Virus record (IMG/VR): IMGVR_UViG_3300020049_006862
Coordinates: 32,001-96,000 of that record
Source: a virus
Taxonomy: Duplodnaviria > Caudoviricetes
Strand: one strand, 5' to 3'
Length of the DNA: 64,000 bases
The notes under the pieces were generated by a model. The model did no database searches, had not been told where the DNA came from, and worked only from the letters and a program-made list of their open reading frames with translations. How positions within the stretch are numbered: the stretch's first letter is position 1; every line of letters begins with the position of its first letter. This document shows positions 60,023 through 64,000 of the stretch, in pieces. Made by a program: the position numbers and the translations under genes.

Positions 60023-61046
60023 TAGTTACTTGTTGTTTTAAAATAGTCGCTCAATCGATAGATTTTTGTGCTTGTGTAGGATTAGAGCTGCCCCCTACTT
60101 TAGCTTTTACTGAAGAGACCTCGCCTAACTTACTTTTTAAGTCTTCGAGGGCTACTGATTTTCCTTTAGATGTGAATCGACCGAAATCAAATCCAGTCTT
60201 TGGATCATATTCTGATATGATGTCTGCTAATTGAGCCAGGTGATCGTAATTACTAGAAATAGTATTCAAAGCTCTAGTGAAATCTGTTGTAGTGATACCA
60301 TCACGCGTTACAGGATTAATCATAAATGCTTTTAACTTGTTTTTACGATCATCAGGAATACTAGGAAGTTTTTCTACTGCCTGTGTAATACTTTCCCGAT
60401 ATTGTTTAGCTGCAGCTTCCTCATCTTTAAGAAGATTGTCTTGAGCTGCTTTGTAAATACCTTTTAGTTCTTCGTAAGCTTCTTCAGCCTCATCAGCCAA
60501 AGATTCAGAAAGCTCTAAAGAAGATATTAACTTATCAATCTTAACGTCAGAATAATTTCCAGTCTTTTTATAATAATCTCTAAGTATCTCTTTTTGAGTA
60601 GAGACGTTATCCAAATCAACTTCTTCTAAGGCAGAAACTTTGGTTTGGCGAGCATAGAACTCATCAATATGTTTCCCGCCCGCCATAGCGTATTCTGCAA
60701 TAGCGTGAAAACTTGGAGGCAACGAAGAAATAAGACTTTGAGCTGCTTCTGCTCTAAGACTAGTTTTAGTCTTATTCAAAGATTCAGCAATAGTTTTTAA
60801 ATCTACCTTTTCAGGTTCTTCATCGTCTACAAGAATGTTTTGTGATTTTAGGAGATTATATATGTCTTTGTAATCTGTTTCGTCCTCATCACTGTCGTCA
60901 TCTGAAGGATCTTCCGGTTCAGGAGTAGGTACGGGATTATCGATGTCGTCTATAATAGGATCATCATTTCCTAGTCCAGAAAAGTCAGGATCGAGAATCA
61001 TCCCGAAGTCAAAGACATCATCTGGTACTATATTTTCGTTATTCAT
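60015..61046 (-). CDS. Acidic scaffold-like protein between portal and capsid genes (343 aa if TGA 60051 is Trp)
   Basis: Asp/Glu/Pro-rich N-terminus and helical core; read-through gives SID-W-ATILKQQ overlapping the capsid gene start. Confidence 0.7.
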
Positions 61047-63418
61047 TATTTTGTTGTTGTTTTAGGTTTAGATGCAGAGATCTTCTCTCGAGATTTCCTA
61101 TCTAATTCTTTTTGTTTAGAAGCTTGTTCAATCTTCCATTTTTCCATAGCCATGCTGTCTTCATGGATCATTGCCTGAAGCTGGAGCTTTCCTTGATCGG
61201 AATCGTTCGCTGCTGCGATAACTCTTTGGTTCATCATCTTCTCACGTTCGAGCTGCATCATAGCTTCAATCTGAGCTTGTTGTGCTTCTTGCTGAGCCCT
61301 AATTTGCTCCATCTGCTGCTCTTGGAATTTCTTCTCAGAAGCTTCAATATGCTTTTCGAGTTGAGTCGAAGACGTAGCTTTGTATAATTTAATAAGGTCT
61401 GAGAAGTTTGCTTTGTCATTTTGAATAAGCGGCTGAGCCAGATTCTTCAAATCACGGAACAGTGCTTCATCATCAACTAAAGAAGAGACAAAAACAGCGA
61501 TATCCGCATTTGTTAAATCATCAGGACTTAACTTCAAGGTTTGAATAGACAAATCATCCAGCACATATTGCTTAATAATCGACTTATTTCTCCAACAAGA
61601 GATAGCACACTGTACTAAACCATTCAAAACTTCTTCCCAAATTCTTTCGTGAGGATAAAAATAAACAGATTCAGTAATAGTAGCGCTCTGTAAGATATTA
61701 GCTTGAGCATTAGAAACAAGTTCAGCGGAGCTGATCTGCCCTTCACGCTGTCTAGTAATACCAGCAACATCAGAAATTTGAGCATCAATAGCATCTAAGA
61801 TGTTGATGTAATTTGCAATTTGCTGCGTATTAGACATATCTATAGACTGGGATACCATGCCTCTATTGTATGTACCTGCCTCTTCAGCATTACTAAGAGG
61901 ATTGAAGAATTCTATATTCATCTGTTTGAGATAATAAATAGTCTTCTCTAAACCAATTTTATCTGAGATTTGAGACATGTCAAACTTGTATACCTTACCC
62001 TGATCTGTAGCAATAAGCTTCTTAAACTTATCCATAACAATCAAGTACAGATACTGGAAAGGACGCATACGATCCATTAACGAAACATTAGGTCCGTTAA
62101 GATTATTGTAAACGCAGCCATAATAGCCGAGGCTTACTTCGTACGGATTGTCTAATGATCTGTACTGGTATTCTTTAGGGCCAATATGACAGTAAATATC
62201 GGAACCAATTTTCACCGCTTGCCAAATTTGTGGAATCCATTCCCATTCTAAAGAATAGTTTTCCCAAACATATTTAGTAATTTTGTTACCCCAATGATTC
62301 TTTTCTATTGTTTTTTCGGCGGTAGCCGGAACAACAAAATCCTCAGAAACAATGTCCATTTGCTTGTCACCATATTCGTTAGTGTAAGTAATGAATCCTA
62401 CTTTCTGTAAAGATCTCCATTCTACATGCACTACAGGAATATCTCCAAGCAGAGGATTGGAATAAGCGCCTTGAATGTCGTGGTCTCCAGAACCATTTAA
62501 GTAGTTATCGTAAACATCTCTGGTCCGAACTGGAGGTTCTTTTTTGTAGAAATCTGGAAATTCGTCCATTACTCCACTTAGAGAACCTTCTAATTTTTCA
62601 ATTTCCTCTTCCGTTAGGTCATCATGAAATTGATCTATGATGTCTGAAGCTACCATTTTAGCTTTATAACCAGCGAATAAACCTTTTTGAACATACTTTT
62701 CATCCATACCTTTATAATAAAAAGTATTTAGAGTATTGAGTATTTTTACAGTAGGTTCTCCATTAATTACGCCAACCCAGATCATCTCGTCGCCGCCAAT
62801 TAAACCGTGTTTAAATCCTTCATTCTTTTTCTCCTTCAGATTATCTTTTCTAATAAGATATCCTAAGATGTCTGAAGCTAATTTTTCTCGAGCTTCTTGA
62901 TAAGTAAAGGACATATAGTGTTCTAATTCAGCTGGATCTACGAGACCTTCTGTATTTACTTCTTCGTCAGATTGTTGAATCTTTTGTACTTCCGCGCTAA
63001 TTTGCGCATTTAAGTATTTTTTTAACAGCTCCTTTTTGTGCAATTCCTTAGATCTGATGCCGTCGGAGTTAACCAAAACTGTTCTGTAGCGAAAAGGTGT
63101 TTTTAATTCCTCTCCAGTCAAAATTCCGATTTTATTCGGAGTCTTGTTGTAAGGCATAATCTGATCTTCAAACTGTCCAACTTCTACGCCAAAAGGATTT
63201 AACTCACGTTCAAAATCTTTTTGATTAATTACGTTGTTGTACAGTTGGTAGTTAGCATACTTTCGATCATAATCTGTGTTACCACCAGGAGAAGGAGAGA
63301 AAGTATTAGAATATTGAACAATGTGATCAACCATCAGTTTTGCCCACGCAAAATCATCTTTACTTTTTTCCGCGTAGCTAAGCCGCTGCTTTGGAAAAAG
63401 CGTATTCATGTTCGTCAT
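61046..63418 (-). CDS. Portal protein
   Basis: 790 aa; FPKQRL, NYQLYNN, L.GEE, W.S..KVG, EWEWI..IW, SLMDRM.PFQYLY, GITRQREGQI. Confidence 0.92.
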   Translation of the reverse strand: MTNMNTLFPKQRLSYAEKSKDDFAWAKLMVDHIVQYSNTFSPSPGGNTDYDRKYANYQLYNNVINQKDFERELNPFGVEVGQFEDQIMPYNKTPNKIGILTGEELKTPFRYRTVLVNSDGIRSKELHKKELLKKYLNAQISAEVQKIQQSDEEVNTEGLVDPAELEHYMSFTYQEAREKLASDILGYLIRKDNLKEKKNEGFKHGLIGGDEMIWVGVINGEPTVKILNTLNTFYYKGMDEKYVQKGLFAGYKAKMVASDIIDQFHDDLTEEEIEKLEGSLSGVMDEFPDFYKKEPPVRTRDVYDNYLNGSGDHDIQGAYSNPLLGDIPVVHVEWRSLQKVGFITYTNEYGDKQMDIVSEDFVVPATAEKTIEKNHWGNKITKYVWENYSLEWEWIPQIWQAVKIGSDIYCHIGPKEYQYRSLDNPYEVSLGYYGCVYNNLNGPNVSLMDRMRPFQYLYLIVMDKFKKLIATDQGKVYKFDMSQISDKIGLEKTIYYLKQMNIEFFNPLSNAEEAGTYNRGMVSQSIDMSNTQQIANYINILDAIDAQISDVAGITRQREGQISSAELVSNAQANILQSATITESVYFYPHERIWEEVLNGLVQCAISCWRNKSIIKQYVLDDLSIQTLKLSPDDLTNADIAVFVSSLVDDEALFRDLKNLAQPLIQNDKANFSDLIKLYKATSSTQLEKHIEASEKKFQEQQMEQIRAQQEAQQAQIEAMMQLEREKMMNQRVIAAANDSDQGKLQLQAMIHEDSMAMEKWKIEQASKQKELDRKSREKISASKPKTTTK

Positions 63419-63426
63419 TGCTTATA

Positions 63427-64000
63427 CTATAAAAAATTGTCACTCGTTATACGAGCGTTCGGGAATACGAATTTATTAGCCGATATAAACTTGGTGATAT
63501 CATCCACAATTTTACTATCTTCTATAATTGTTTTCTTGTATTGATTATGGGTTTCTATTAACCCTACAATACACCCCATGAATCCCATTATGGAGTCAAA
63601 GTTGCCTTCTAAATTAAAGGCAGCCATTTCTTGTAACAAGGCCCTGTCTCAGATAAAATCTATATTTCTATATGTTCTATCGTCCCTCTCAAACTTAACT
63701 TCAAGTAGCCAGTCGCGTATGTACTGAATGCCTTCCATCTTCATAACTCTAGAAGACATCGGATAACCATAAGTTACCGAAGGCCCGGTCATAAAAGATG
63801 CTTTCTTATTAAAGATAGTAGTAGGTTGTTTACAAAGCAAGTCTAACCTCTTTATCTTTTCGAAATACTCCTTCACGTTACCACGAACATTTTCGAAGTA
63901 GATCTTTGCGTTACCATAAAACAAAGAAAGCTTGTGAAGTATATCGTTCACTATATGCCTTCCCGCGTAGGGCCTACCTCTATATACTGCAACCAATTCA
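63427..64000 (-). CDS. Terminase large subunit, C-terminal nuclease part (5' truncated); TGA=Trp at 63649
   Basis: VAVYRGRP...YGNAKIYFEN...FI-W-DRALLQEM..FN.EGNFD; directly upstream of the portal gene. Confidence 0.88.

Noticed and set aside
156-63651. Widespread pseudogenisation or sequencing errors as the cause of fragmented ORFs
   Set aside because: Every break is an in-frame TGA, never TAA/TAG or a frameshift, and essential genes (primase, terminase, muzzle, RNAP) are affected at Trp-compatible sites.
156-63651. TGA as selenocysteine or glycine
   Set aside because: Informative positions match conserved Trp (LAIWYMDDG, WTSFHSY, GGTW), not Cys or Gly.
1-64000. Suppressor tRNA, CRISPR array, or DGR/retron reverse transcriptase
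   Set aside because: No cloverleaf, repeat-spacer array or RT motif was seen in any gap; most apparent gaps are filled by recoded ORFs or introns. Such elements may lie outside the window.

Overview
A 64-kb segment of a crAss-like phage (Crassvirales; leaders without Shine-Dalgarno sites suggest a Bacteroidota host). Two gene blocks converge on a terminator at ~9.95 kb. The + strand (1-9.9 kb) holds replication and accessory genes: primase, uracil-DNA glycosylase, a four-gene GGCT/ATP-grasp/GATase-II/amidoligase-like module whose catalytic motifs all look degenerate, an endonuclease I-like nuclease, a PD-(D/E)xK exonuclease and small ORFs. The - strand (10-64 kb) holds the virion module: terminase 3' end, portal, scaffold-like protein, major capsid protein, ring/tail proteins, Cys-rich Ig-like proteins, tail fibre, muzzle, cargo proteins and a giant virion RNA polymerase polyprotein. 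The supplied ORF track is fragmented because TGA is read as Trp. About 50 in-frame TGAs (manual count) rejoin the fragments, and many sit at conserved Trp positions. Reading this way gives a 6177-aa RNAP polyprotein and reveals genes missing from the track, including a nucleotidyltransferase-like ORF whose 5 Trp codons are all TGA. TGA use is strongly gene-selective, is never followed by C, and four + strand genes still appear to end in TGA at ATGA/TGATG overlaps. The capsid gene is split by five group I introns, four of which carry homing endonucleases; the exons splice to a 489-aa protein. No tRNA or CRISPR array was found. All family calls are from motif recognition by eye, with no database searches.
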